Source of the DNA: a virus
Taxonomy: Duplodnaviria; Caudoviricetes
Strand: one strand, 5' to 3'
Length of the DNA: 64,000 nt
IMG/VR virus record: IMGVR_UViG_2710264778_000001
Location: 128,001 to 192,000 of that record
Positions 32,794 to 43,025 of this stretch are shown here, piece by piece. Both the position numbers and the translations under genes were made by a program. The notes beneath the pieces are model-generated. The model searched no databases and was not told the DNA's origin. It was given only the letters and a program-made list of their open reading frames with translations. Position 1 is the stretch's first letter; each line of letters begins with the position of its first letter.

Positions 32794-34455
32794 ATGAAAA
32801 AAGTATTTTTAGAAAATCTACCAAGAAAAATTTATAAAAATAAGGAATGTATTGATTGGGAATCAGCATATGGGCATAAAGTTAAATTTATATATGATAG
32901 TATTACTGGTTATTTTACTATAGGATGTTATACTAAACCTGAACAATTATTGGAAATAACATGTAATATTTATAATATAAAAAGAACCATTTATACTAGT
33001 GGCTTAATGGCTTGTAAAATAACAAATACAATAGATATGATAAAAGATATATCTAAAGTCAAGAAGTATTTAAAGATATGTAAACAAAAAGGCGTACAAT
33101 TAACTAATATGCAAAGAAAATATTATGGATTTAGTCAAAAAATACTTACTTCTGGATGTAAATATATAGGTTACGAAAGTATAACAGATTTACAAAATAG
33201 AAATAGTATAAATAAAATTAAGAGATGTAAATACAGTTATGGTGATATATTGATTTCTCATAGAGAATTCTTTAATAAATATGACAGATTCCCTGTAAAC
33301 AGTGATTATAATAATAAAGTTAATATGTTAGTACCAAAAGAAAAAACTGTTCAAATTTTAAGAGAGAATAAAATGACTTATGAAGATTTATTTAAACATA
33401 TTTCAAATACAAATATGAGCATTGAAGAATATGAATATAATAAAACCATTAATAACTTTAAAGATATTTGTATTAAAGAAAACAAAGTAATATCTGTTAA
33501 GTTACTACAAGAAAAGATAGGACATGATTTAAGGTGGATAAGTAATAGAAATACAAATATTAAAAGCTATTATGATTTTTATAGTAGTTTTGGTTTTAAA
33601 AAGGAATGTGATTTAAATAAAAAAGAAGTTATTAAAATTATCTATAAAATGCAATCAAAATTAGATAGACCATTAATGTATAATGATTTTAGAGACTCAG
33701 ATAATTTTGATGAAATAGGAATATTATCAATACGAAAACATTTCGGCACTATGAATCAAATGAAGGAGGAACTAGGTTTAGAAATAAATCAAGAAGATAT
33801 GATATCTAAACATGTTGATGATTTTGATATATTGGTGAGAGAATTACAATTTGTATGTGATATAGTAGAAAAAGATGACAGAAATATTGTCACCTCCAAA
33901 GATATAAATTCTATAAATAGATTAAACATAAATTATCAAAGTTTTCAAAAAAGATGTTTAGAGAACAACACATCAGTTAGAAGTGTTATAGATAATTATG
34001 GGTTTGAATTACAAAAAGAAGGAAATGGTTTAGTCTATAGTTTTAACGATGGAGAAAGAACTGTATCTCAATATGAACTGAATTTTAGTAATAAACTTAG
34101 AGAATATGGATACTTATATAATAAAGATTATTTTAGAGATGTTAGATATAAAGAATTTATAAATTATTATAATGATATGATGAATTGTGATTATGTTATA
34201 CATATTGATAACAAGGCTATTTATATTGAATTAGCTGGAATGTTAAGTGGTAAAAATGAAACAAAATACAAACAAAATATAGATATAAGTAGTAAGTCTA
34301 AACAATTGTATGCAGAAAAACTTAAATTAAAAGAAAATATGCTTATTCAAAACGGTCTAAATTATTTTATTCTCTTCCCTAGTGATTTGAGTGAAAATGA
34401 TTTAGATTTTTTATTTGAAAACAAATTAAATATATGCAGAAAGGACTTGATTTAA
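32794..34455 (+). CDS. Putative free-standing homing endonuclease with C-terminal PD-(D/E)XK-like domain
   Basis: Repeated helical units; C-terminal 'CDYVI...YIELAG'. Confidence 0.55.
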   Translation: MKKVFLENLPRKIYKNKECIDWESAYGHKVKFIYDSITGYFTIGCYTKPEQLLEITCNIYNIKRTIYTSGLMACKITNTIDMIKDISKVKKYLKICKQKGVQLTNMQRKYYGFSQKILTSGCKYIGYESITDLQNRNSINKIKRCKYSYGDILISHREFFNKYDRFPVNSDYNNKVNMLVPKEKTVQILRENKMTYEDLFKHISNTNMSIEEYEYNKTINNFKDICIKENKVISVKLLQEKIGHDLRWISNRNTNIKSYYDFYSSFGFKKECDLNKKEVIKIIYKMQSKLDRPLMYNDFRDSDNFDEIGILSIRKHFGTMNQMKEELGLEINQEDMISKHVDDFDILVRELQFVCDIVEKDDRNIVTSKDINSINRLNINYQSFQKRCLENNTSVRSVIDNYGFELQKEGNGLVYSFNDGERTVSQYELNFSNKLREYGYLYNKDYFRDVRYKEFINYYNDMMNCDYVIHIDNKAIYIELAGMLSGKNETKYKQNIDISSKSKQLYAEKLKLKENMLIQNGLNYFILFPSDLSENDLDFLFENKLNICRKDLI

Positions 34456-34456
34456 T

Positions 34457-35461
34457 ATGTCAGTAATAAATAAAAATATGGTTAGAGATAGAGCCTTAAA
34501 ACTTCCCGAAGTAACAGATGAAATGTATAATCAATGTAACTCAGAAACTAGAGAGATGATACAAGAATATTTCGATAATAAAGCACAACTATCTCCAGAT
34601 ACAAAAACTCAATATTGGTCAGCTTTAAGACAGTTTGTATATTGGGTAAATACTTCTTGTTCTGATAAACCTCTATACAAAATTAAAAAGCGTGACTTTA
34701 GTAGGTTTATGTCATATCTAGTTAATAGAGGAATGTCATCAAGTGGTCTGAAATTTAAAAAGTCAACAATTTCATCTTTATGCAAATATATAGAGGATTA
34801 CATAGTGGAAGATGAAGATATGAAAGAATATGCTACATTTAGAAACTTTACAACTGTATATAAAGTTGAAGCTTTAAATTATGTATATGAAAAAATACCT
34901 ATATCTGAAGATGAATACAATAAATTAAAAGAAGCATTACTTGATGATGAAAATTATATGGGGTTAGCATGGGTCGCTTGTGCTTTTAATAGTGGTGCTA
35001 GACGTGGAGGAATTAGACAATTTAAAGTTGAGTGTATTAAAGATGGTATTCCTGAAGGAAAAACTTTTGTATATTCTAATATGGTGAGAGAAAAAGGCAA
35101 GTCAATTGATGGTAAGCAAGTTAGGTACATGATGAATAGTGAATGTGTAAAATATATAAATTTATGGTTAGAACATAGAGGATATGAATCTGAGTATATA
35201 TTTACATCAAAATATAGAGGTGAAATAAATATGATATCTAAAGAATGGGCTGATGATTTTTGTACTAATGTATTATCAGACATCTTAGGACGTAGAATAA
35301 ACCCACATTTATTTAAAGCCAGTGCTATAACTTATCTTCTTGAAAAAGGAAAAGATATAAAGACAGTCTCTAAATTTGTTGCCCAGCACAACGATATTTC
35401 AACCACTCAATCATTCTACGATTTACGTAAGGATGAGGGTGTTGATGAGTTATTTGATTAA
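34457..35461 (+). CDS. Tyrosine recombinase/integrase (SPbeta YomM-like)
   Basis: SAM-like N-terminus; SGAR, H-L-F-K (HxxR variant), H and Y in 'QHNDISTTQSFY'. Confidence 0.85.
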   Translation: MSVINKNMVRDRALKLPEVTDEMYNQCNSETREMIQEYFDNKAQLSPDTKTQYWSALRQFVYWVNTSCSDKPLYKIKKRDFSRFMSYLVNRGMSSSGLKFKKSTISSLCKYIEDYIVEDEDMKEYATFRNFTTVYKVEALNYVYEKIPISEDEYNKLKEALLDDENYMGLAWVACAFNSGARRGGIRQFKVECIKDGIPEGKTFVYSNMVREKGKSIDGKQVRYMMNSECVKYINLWLEHRGYESEYIFTSKYRGEINMISKEWADDFCTNVLSDILGRRINPHLFKASAITYLLEKGKDIKTVSKFVAQHNDISTTQSFYDLRKDEGVDELFD

Positions 35462-35487
35462 CCACATAAAACTATGTTTTTAAAAGG
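35462..35487. other. dif-like putative recombination site CCACATAAAA-CTATGT-TTTTAAAAGG
   Basis: Two inverted arms with a 6-bp spacer immediately after the recombinase stop; related copies throughout the window. Confidence 0.55.
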
Positions 35488-35492
35488 AATTT

Positions 35493-35540
35493 AAACTACA
35501 TATAGTATATTAAAATATATACCAATACTATATATTGTAT
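35493..35540. promoter_or_regulatory. Tandem NrdR boxes
   Basis: AAACTACATATAGTAT (35493) and ATACTATATATTGTAT (35525) match acaCwAtATaTwGtgt with 32-bp spacing. Confidence 0.7.
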
Positions 35541-35574
35541 ACCAAACACCTGCATAAACAAATTATAACTAAGT

Positions 35575-35721
35575 AAAAAGGACAGGAGAATAATAAATAC
35601 TACTCTCCCACTTTTATAAATAACCACACAATGAGATAGGTTACAATCAAATAATCGGAATGTTTGGATTGGGTAACATGTCTGAAAATATTAGCAGTAA
35701 TCCTATCTCATTTATATTATA
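35575..35721 (-). ncRNA. Candidate sRNA (large-loop hairpin plus terminator)
   Basis: Stem 35630-35640/35702-35712; TATAAT at 35721-35716; terminator-like hairpin near 35585-35608. Confidence 0.35.
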
Positions 35722-35954
35722 AACAATCTTAAATATATTATACGTAAATCGTATATAAAATAATCTCATAGTCGAATTAATCAGCCAAACAAATCGAATT
35801 CAACCATGAGATTATCCTGTAGAATTTTATTACTTAAAGTGAAATGTAAAATGATTTTACATTAGAATGAATTCTCATTCTGTTAGTATTATATGTATTG
35901 TAGAAATAAATATGTACAAAATTTAAAATAACTTGAAAGGATGGTGTTGTAATA

Positions 35955-36155
35955 ATGAATAATAAACTAAAGATACAAAATACTTCTGAAATAATTTTAC
36001 AGCAAATAAGAGCAAGAGATCATAAGATAAGTGAACTTGAGAAAGAAGTTTTAGTTATGAATGAAGAGTTAAATAAGAAAAAATACACCATCAAAGTATT
36101 AGTAGGTATATTAAGCATTTTACTAATAGGTAATTTAATAATGATAATAAAATAA
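35955..36155 (+). CDS. Small coiled-coil protein with C-terminal TM
   Basis: ORF with RBS; 'VLVGILSILLIGNLIMII'. Confidence 0.55.
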   Translation: MNNKLKIQNTSEIILQQIRARDHKISELEKEVLVMNEELNKKKYTIKVLVGILSILLIGNLIMIIK

Positions 36156-36225
36156 AACCAACTAAATTAATATTTAAAGAAAGGACTTGATTGTATTCAA
36201 AAATTAACTTAGAAAGGAATGATCT

Positions 36226-36630
36226 ATGATGGATTTTGCAGGACTAAGCACTTTAATAAATCAAAATGGTCTAGCAGTTGTATTGTTACTGTGTTTATGT
36301 TGGGGAGGTTATTCAACAATTTCTCCATATGTCAAAAAGAAATTAAACAAAAGTATAGAAAATGATGATAAACTGGAAGATAATATACATAAAGAATATT
36401 TCAAAATGACAAAAGAAACGAAAGATATGAATAAACAATTTATGTTAGAGTTAAAAAGTATTAACATTACAAATCAACAGATTTCAGCTACAAATGAGCT
36501 ATTAGCAAAAAGTAATAGCAAATTATTAGAATCATTAGATAATAGAATATCTACTCTTGAAGATACTACAGATGATATTGGAAAAACAGTCGAGAAGATT
36601 AATACAAAGATAGATGTGATGTTAAAATAA
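36226..36630 (+). CDS. BhlA/holin-like membrane protein
   Basis: N-terminal TM then coiled coil. Confidence 0.5.
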   Translation: MMDFAGLSTLINQNGLAVVLLLCLCWGGYSTISPYVKKKLNKSIENDDKLEDNIHKEYFKMTKETKDMNKQFMLELKSINITNQQISATNELLAKSNSKLLESLDNRISTLEDTTDDIGKTVEKINTKIDVMLK

Positions 36631-36731
36631 AAAAGAGATAGCATTACACTACCTCCCAATAAGAAATTATATTATCCAACAAAAATATAACTCTTAACTA
36701 TAATAATACATTAATATTATTTACAAGTCAA
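36630..36731 (-). ncRNA. Candidate sRNA with SigA promoter
   Basis: TTGACT-17-TATTAT (36731-36703); hairpin 36661-36695; terminator GAGGTAG..CTATCTC-TTTTT. Confidence 0.4.
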
Positions 36732-36767
36732 GAAAAATTTAACAATTATTCAAAATAAAAATAAATT

Positions 36768-36907
36768 AAAAATGGAGAAGATAGCCTATGAGATTAAAAG
36801 CTATCTTCTGTGAATGGTATTATAAGATAAGGTATGCCAATACGCGCCACACGTAATTTAAATACTTATCTTATAATCATTATACGATTTTCGGATAGAA
36901 AAATCAA
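36768..36907 (-). ncRNA. Candidate sRNA with consensus SigA promoter
   Basis: TTGATT-17-TATAAT (36907-36879); 13-bp stem 36819-36831/36865-36877; terminator 36776-36809. Confidence 0.5.
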
Positions 36908-36921
36908 GAAAAAAGTTCATG

Positions 36922-37000
36922 AAATAGGGAAATAAATGATAGATTTACAAGAATCGAAAGATTTAATGTAGAAATATCATTTATTTCCCTATTTTTTTTT
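36922..37000. terminator. 20-bp perfect inverted repeat at the convergence of the two transcription blocks
   Basis: AAATAGGGAAATAAATGATA/TATCATTTATTTCCCTATTT followed by a T-run. Confidence 0.65.
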
Positions 37001-37080
37001 GTTTTATTTCTATATATTATTATGAGGTAATTGATTTTCTTCATTTAAATTATAGTCATATATTGGTAATTATATACATA

Positions 37081-37581
37081 TTATATTAAATCTTTTCTTG
37101 TTAAATTTATAAAATTATAAGAATATCCATCAGACTCAAGTATCCCACTTTCCCACTCTTTTCTCCATTCATTAGAATTTATTTTAAAGAATGTATCAGC
37201 ATCATAGTTACCTTTGACGGTAGTTAAATATATTTTATTACAATAAGGTAAGAATTGTTCATATATTAACCCTCCACCAATAATAAATACTTCCTCTGAT
37301 GAGTTCTTATATTCTTCTATTAATTCATTTATATTATTTTTAAATATTAAAGATTCTTTTGGACTCATAGTGTTTATTCTATTTGATGTAGTTATTACTA
37401 TATTATGTCTGTTTGGCAATGCTCCATTAGGCAAACTGTCATAAGTTTTTCTGCCCATTATTATGGTGTGTTCTGTGGTAAGTTCTTTAAATCTTTTTAG
37501 ATCTTCTTTAATTTTAAATAACAGATTATTGTCTTTCCCAATACCACCATTAATGTCACATGCGACTATTATTGATAACAT
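37081..37581 (-). CDS. dfrA: Dihydrofolate reductase
   Basis: 'IIVACDINGGIGKDN','IIMGRKTYDSL','LPNRHNIV','FIIGGG'. Confidence 0.95.
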   Translation of the reverse strand: MLSIIVACDINGGIGKDNNLLFKIKEDLKRFKELTTEHTIIMGRKTYDSLPNGALPNRHNIVITTSNRINTMSPKESLIFKNNINELIEEYKNSSEEVFIIGGGLIYEQFLPYCNKIYLTTVKGNYDADTFFKINSNEWRKEWESGILESDGYSYNFINLTRKDLI

Positions 37582-37583
37582 AA

Positions 37584-38444
37584 TTAAACACTCACTTTCA
37601 TACTAATTTTTCCCATATTCTCATAATCCTCTAATTTAATATCATCTATAGTAAAATCATAGAAATTTGTTATATTGGTATTTAATTTAAGTTTGGGATT
37701 TGACACAAAAACACTCATCAGTTCTTTATTTTTAAGTAATGATAAATCATCCTTAATATGATTATATGTGTTTAATATATTATATCTTTTAACTTGTTCC
37801 TTCATACCATCTATTTGATTCTCATATATATGAGCATTATTTATTACATGCGTAAGTTGTCCCACTTTCAGTTCTGTTATTTGAGCTATCATATGGACTA
37901 AAACTGCATATTGAGTTGTATTAAATGGCACACCTAATGGAATATCTCCAGAACGTTGTACAAGCATACAATTAAGTCTGCCATCTGTTACATCCCAAAT
38001 AGTTTGATAACAACAAGGTTGTAATTGCATATCAGGTAAGTCTTCTATATTCCACAAAGATACAATCATGCGTCTATCTTGAGGGTTATTTTTAAGAGTT
38101 TCTATTAGCTTATCAAGTTGTTTATATTTTGCAATTTGATATCCATAAGCTTTACCTATAGTGTTGTTTGAATCAACCCATTCATCCCAAATATGAACAT
38201 TTTGATTTTGCAATAAGGTAACATCATTTGATTGTGATTGCCATATCCACAACATTTCTTTCGTTGCTGTTTTGAATGCTACTTGTTTTGTTTTTAATAT
38301 TGGGAATTCTTTTTGTAAATTCACTTGGATTATTTGGTGTGGTAATTTATATGTTGGAACACCGGTTCTATTATTATCATAATAACCATTATTTAAAATA
38401 TTCTCTACTATAGTCATGTATTGTTTTTCATAATTATTTGCCAT
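37584..38444 (-). CDS. thyA: Thymidylate synthase
   Basis: '[10 protein letters not shown]','LQPC','[13 protein letters not shown]','HIYENQ'. Confidence 0.95.
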   Translation of the reverse strand: MANNYEKQYMTIVENILNNGYYDNNRTGVPTYKLPHQIIQVNLQKEFPILKTKQVAFKTATKEMLWIWQSQSNDVTLLQNQNVHIWDEWVDSNNTIGKAYGYQIAKYKQLDKLIETLKNNPQDRRMIVSLWNIEDLPDMQLQPCCYQTIWDVTDGRLNCMLVQRSGDIPLGVPFNTTQYAVLVHMIAQITELKVGQLTHVINNAHIYENQIDGMKEQVKRYNILNTYNHIKDDLSLLKNKELMSVFVSNPKLKLNTNITNFYDFTIDDIKLEDYENMGKISMKVSV

Positions 38445-38480
38445 TCTCGTTCTCCTTAAACTTGATTATATTTTGTTTTA

Positions 38481-38798
38481 CTAAGATATTTTAAAATCTC
38501 TTTCTGCTGAGGTATAAGCATTTATTAATTCATCCTCATTATAATCTTCATCTTGTTCAGATGATTTTCTTTCAAATAATGTTTTATCATATCCTAATAA
38601 TTCATTATCATTTTGTTCTGGATTTTCAATTATATTATGTAATAATTCATTGTCAGCTTGTAATTGTTCGACTAAATTTAATAAAAATCTACTATTTGAT
38701 TTCCACTCTTCTTTTTCCTTTTTTAAGGTTTCTATTTCTAATAATAGTTCGTCTGTATTTTTTTCTTTGCTTTGTTTAATTTCCATATCATTTAACAT
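38481..38798 (-). CDS. Acidic coiled-coil hypothetical protein
   Basis: RBS; promoter TTGACT-17-TATAAT upstream near 38863-38891. Confidence 0.55.
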   Translation of the reverse strand: MLNDMEIKQSKEKNTDELLLEIETLKKEKEEWKSNSRFLLNLVEQLQADNELLHNIIENPEQNDNELLGYDKTLFERKSSEQDEDYNEDELINAYTSAERDFKIS

Positions 38799-39130
38799 AA
38801 TTTATTCTCTCCCTTATAATTTATCTTTTTATTATTTAATATCTCTTAGTTACCATAATATTATTATAGAGCATATATTTGGACAAGTCAACACTATTAT
38901 CTATATTTCATTTACTATTTGCAACTTTATATTACTAATTAGATTAATACTTTATCGTAATTAAACTCTTCATCTAATTCATAGTCTTCATTCTCGCTAA
39001 TTATATAGCTTAACTTAGTAGTTGCAGTTTCTTTGTCAGTTGCTATAACTAAAACTTCTTTGTCAGTTGTTTCATTCCAAACTGAAAATAAAAATGCTTT
39101 TAACAATTTGCTTCACTCCTCTTCTAATTT

Positions 39131-39460
39131 TTAAATATCTATTTTTCTTATAATGTCTTCTTCTTTCACATCAAAACATTTTGTTTCTTCCCATTCTCTT
39201 TGAAATAAAAAGCTTTCATATGTTGCAGTTGATTCAACTACATATGCCTTCCCATAATGAAAAGGATCTTTTACTTTTAATATTTCTCCACTTCCTTTCA
39301 TTGTTTTATTAGAAGAATAAAGTAGAAATTCAACTATATCTCCAACCTGATATTTATTAGGTTCTTCTATATTATTTGAGGGCATAAAACACCAAATAAT
39401 ATAGGATATAAAAAATATTGTTAATATTATAATTGCATAAATCATATAAAATATAATCAC
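39131..39460 (-). CDS. Hypothetical membrane-anchored protein
   Basis: N-terminal TM; AGGAG RBS. Confidence 0.55.
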   Translation of the reverse strand: MIIFYMIYAIIILTIFFISYIIWCFMPSNNIEEPNKYQVGDIVEFLLYSSNKTMKGSGEILKVKDPFHYGKAYVVESTATYESFLFQREWEETKCFDVKEEDIIRKIDI

Positions 39461-39499
39461 CTCCTAACCACATAAAATTTCAGTTTTATATATACTTTA

Positions 39500-39727
39500 T
39501 TATAATCTATTTACTATAATTTCATAGTCTTTGAATTTTATTTCTTCAATACTATATATTGAGTATTCTTTTGATTTTAACTTAGAATCTATAAGTATAT
39601 TTAATGCTTTATCTTTATTTATTGCAGGTATTATTTGAACTGTTGTATTTGGGTAGCTATAGTCTTTATCTTCATCACTCCACCATTCTCTAAATGAAAT
39701 TTTATATAATTTATAATTATCTTTCAC
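39500..39727 (-). CDS. Hypothetical protein
   Basis: AGGAGG RBS. Confidence 0.55.
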   Translation of the reverse strand: MKDNYKLYKISFREWWSDEDKDYSYPNTTVQIIPAINKDKALNILIDSKLKSKEYSIYSIEEIKFKDYEIIVNRL

Positions 39728-39920
39728 TTTAAATCCTCCTTATTGTGATTATTCGCACCCTTAAAGAATGCAATTATTCCTAATATCATTATTGTCCAAA
39801 TTATTAAACTTATAATTACTACCTTGAGCATATGTAACACCACCTCTTTATTATTTATTTATATTTAATTTAATACATGCTTATTTCAGTTTTATCATGT
39901 CTAATAATTCCTTTCCATGT

Positions 39921-40679
39921 TTAGTCATTAATATCCACTTCATATTTATACATGGAGTTATATAACGCATTAGGAATTATATTTTTGTATTCATTAGCAA
40001 CCTCTTTAATATATTTTTCTTTTGCTATTTTATATTTTTTATGTGCTTCAAATTTATCACTGAAACTTCCCAAATATACTTCCCCTTTTAATGTATGTAA
40101 TCTACTTCTAAATGAATTACTATCTGAATTTTCACTTACACCTATTGGCAAATTACCTCTTGACGCATTTGATTTTAAAAATAATTGATTGATTCTTTTT
40201 GGCACAAATATACATGTTTCAGGACTGTAAACTGTATTGCCTTTATAAAGTATATCTTTATCTAATTCAGTTTTACCTAATTCATTTATTTCATAATAAT
40301 TTTTTTCAAACCATTTGGCAAAGTTTTGAAAACACAACCAATCATCACATACATATTTGTTTTTATAAGTTGGTTTTTGTGTTTGATATTCTTCACTATA
40401 GCAACGCTGTAACATTCTAACCCAATAACAATATGCTTTTGTCTTTTCCTTATCTTTGTATGGCAAATAATCTCCCACACCTAAATAACCAACACCAAAC
40501 ACTTTTTTATCATAAGGATTCTTGATTTTCCCTAGTTTAAATTCTTTATATTGGCAATTAACCACATATTTAAAACTATCTTGGAATTCTACATACATAT
40601 TATCACTTCTTATATATTTTATAATTTTCATTTTAGTACCATTTGTATTTTCTCTTATTTCTCCTATTCTATCTTTCAT
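39921..40679 (-). CDS. HNH/AP2-type free-standing homing endonuclease (paralog 1)
   Basis: 'W..MLQRCY','LDKDIL','YSPETCIFVP.RIN'; AP2-like 'YLGSF'. Confidence 0.7.
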   Translation of the reverse strand: MKDRIGEIRENTNGTKMKIIKYIRSDNMYVEFQDSFKYVVNCQYKEFKLGKIKNPYDKKVFGVGYLGVGDYLPYKDKEKTKAYCYWVRMLQRCYSEEYQTQKPTYKNKYVCDDWLCFQNFAKWFEKNYYEINELGKTELDKDILYKGNTVYSPETCIFVPKRINQLFLKSNASRGNLPIGVSENSDSNSFRSRLHTLKGEVYLGSFSDKFEAHKKYKIAKEKYIKEVANEYKNIIPNALYNSMYKYEVDIND

Positions 40680-40692
40680 TTAAAATCTCCTT

Positions 40693-41961
40693 TTAATAAT
40701 AACTTGGCTCACATTTATCAAATCTCCATTCGAGAAATACAGGGAATCTTAAACTAGGTTTATTATCTTTACTATTGGTTGTTTCTTCAAAATATTGTAT
40801 TTTTGCTATTTTCCCTATATATTTATTTGGATTATTATAGACTTCATTTCTCATTTCATCTGAAAATCCAGAACCAACTCCAATAGTATTATTTTTATAT
40901 TCAACATTTATTCGACCCAGTGTTCCTTTATTTTTTCCTTCGCCTTCCTCGATTGATAGTACTTTAAGGTCAGCATCTTGAAACTTCTTTACTTTTAGTA
41001 TATTTGACGTTCTTTTACATTCATATGGAGCATTCGAAAGATTAACCATTACTCCTTCTTCATCATTAGCTATAGCTTCATCTAATAACTTAATTATTAC
41101 ACTTTCATCTTTACCTATGTATCGAATTGGTACCTCAATTATATTTGTAAATCCATGTACAGATATTAAATTGCTTAATTGTTCTTTTCTCTCTTTACAT
41201 TTTGTTTTTGAAATACCTTGTTTAAATTCTTCAAATGTTAAAATATCAAATGCATGTAATGCTAATCCGTGTTTAACACCTTTCTTTCTTGATTCTTTCA
41301 TTGTTTCTCTATATAAATCCTTCGAATGTAGCCCCTCTATATTTAAAAGTAATTCTCCGTCTATTACAGTATTATTAGGTATCTTTTTAGAATCTTCTTC
41401 GAACTCTACTAATCCTTCTATTTCTTGCCCTTGTCTTGTAAAATATTTAACTTGCCCATTCTCATCTTTAATTAAAACAAATCTGCATCCATCTAACTTT
41501 TGAGTAATAATAAATTCTTTACCTTTTACTTTTTGTGGCTTCTCAAAGTATTTATCAGCTAACATCACATTGAACTGTGGAATTAAATCTTTCCATACTT
41601 TATTAATACCTTTTGCATTAATACCCATTCTTAAATCTTTCAGTAAGATACATTTATATAGTTCCATTTCATTTTCATTTTGAATACTTCCAAGAAATGA
41701 ATTTGCAGTAGCCCTTAAAGAATCATTAATGTTTGAACTTGATAATATATCTAACAATTCAAATATATCAATAGTAAAATTAGCACTATTAATTGGATTA
41801 ATTGATTTCTCACTCATTCCATATTTTTTAAATGGATCATATGTATACAACAAAACTTTCTTTAATAATTCATTGTCCTTATTCTTTTGTAATATTGCTA
41901 TTTTTCCATTTGTTGAAGACTCATTTCTTAATTTTTGTACAATTTCTATTACTTCTTTCAT
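40693..41961 (-). CDS. lig: ATP-dependent DNA ligase
   Basis: KLDG, DGELL, EGVMVN and LKVK motifs; C-terminal OB fold 'SLRFPVF'. Confidence 0.92.
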   Translation of the reverse strand: MKEVIEIVQKLRNESSTNGKIAILQKNKDNELLKKVLLYTYDPFKKYGMSEKSINPINSANFTIDIFELLDILSSSNINDSLRATANSFLGSIQNENEMELYKCILLKDLRMGINAKGINKVWKDLIPQFNVMLADKYFEKPQKVKGKEFIITQKLDGCRFVLIKDENGQVKYFTRQGQEIEGLVEFEEDSKKIPNNTVIDGELLLNIEGLHSKDLYRETMKESRKKGVKHGLALHAFDILTFEEFKQGISKTKCKERKEQLSNLISVHGFTNIIEVPIRYIGKDESVIIKLLDEAIANDEEGVMVNLSNAPYECKRTSNILKVKKFQDADLKVLSIEEGEGKNKGTLGRINVEYKNNTIGVGSGFSDEMRNEVYNNPNKYIGKIAKIQYFEETTNSKDNKPSLRFPVFLEWRFDKCEPSYY

Positions 41962-42002
41962 TAAACTCTCTCCTTTAAGTTTTATAATTTTGTATATTTT
42001 AT

Positions 42003-42128
42003 TTATTCAATGTTTGCGTTCTTGAAAGCTTGTTCATATTCACTCATATCATTTTCATCAAACCATTTGCTATAAATATCTGTAACATCTGGAATAGAAT
42101 CAAATAAATCAACAATGTTATTTGGCAT
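42003..42128 (-). CDS. Small acidic protein (41 aa, not in the ORF track)
   Basis: MPNNIVDLFDSIPDVTDIYSKWFDENDMSEYEQAFKNANIE; AGGAGG RBS; TTGACA-17-TATTAT promoter upstream. Confidence 0.55.
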   Translation of the reverse strand: MPNNIVDLFDSIPDVTDIYSKWFDENDMSEYEQAFKNANIE

Positions 42129-42317
42129 AATACAACCCCTCCTAATTTTATAATATAATTTATGTATTTCATATAAGGCTTGGACTATTTACTATTTAGT
42201 TCCTACCCTTGATATAATAATACTACTATTGCATATTATTGTCAACAACTTATTTATATTTTATTTACATTATTTAAAAAAGGTAGAAAAATAATTTCCA
42301 CCTTTTAATATATGTAT

Positions 42318-43025
42318 TTATTTAATTATAGAAACATCGTCCTGTGACACTACATCATAGTTATTTACTGAAAATCCTATATTTACTTTATCTGAAACAT
42401 AAGTATGTATTTGATCTGTAATATTTTCTTTTAAATTTTCTATGCCTTCTTTTCTAAAACTTTCATTAGATAATATTGTATTTCTAGCATAATCTCTAAT
42501 TCTAGAATTAATTGAATTAATTTCTGAAGATGAAAAGTTATTTTGTAACCATCCTACTCTTTCATTAGTCTGAACATCTGATAATTCACATTTATTTAGA
42601 GATAGTTTATTATAAGATAAATCAATATAAATAGTATCATTCTTGATAGTAACTTGAGGATTAGACATATTATAGCTAAACATAAAAGAGAATTGTGAAT
42701 CTACAGTTATATCTTTACTATTCCAAGTATCTATTTTATCTCTTAACCATTTCATTGTTACATCATTTTCAGTTATATTTTTATTGGTAAAAGCACATCT
42801 AGTATTAACTATACCTTTTAATACATTAAGACTATTTTCTTTACTTAGTGCTTTTATTACTGATTCCTTATCTATCACTCTATAGGTTTGTTGTTCTAAT
42901 GTTGTTTGATTATTTGTATTCGAACTGGCTTTATGTATGTTCTTGTAGGATTTACATGTGAATAAACTAAGTGTAATTAAAATAATTGTTAATCCTATTA
43001 TTATAATTTTAATCATCTTACTCAT
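42318..43025 (-). CDS. Membrane-anchored DUF4230-like protein
   Basis: N-terminal TM; overall pattern resembles DUF4230. Confidence 0.45.
   Translation of the reverse strand: MSKMIKIIIIGLTIILITLSLFTCKSYKNIHKASSNTNNQTTLEQQTYRVIDKESVIKALSKENSLNVLKGIVNTRCAFTNKNITENDVTMKWLRDKIDTWNSKDITVDSQFSFMFSYNMSNPQVTIKNDTIYIDLSYNKLSLNKCELSDVQTNERVGWLQNNFSSSEINSINSRIRDYARNTILSNESFRKEGIENLKENITDQIHTYVSDKVNIGFSVNNYDVVSQDDVSIIK

Noticed and set aside
34457-35540. Prophage boundary (attL/attR) at the recombinase
   Set aside because: Phage-type genes continue on both sides with no host housekeeping context
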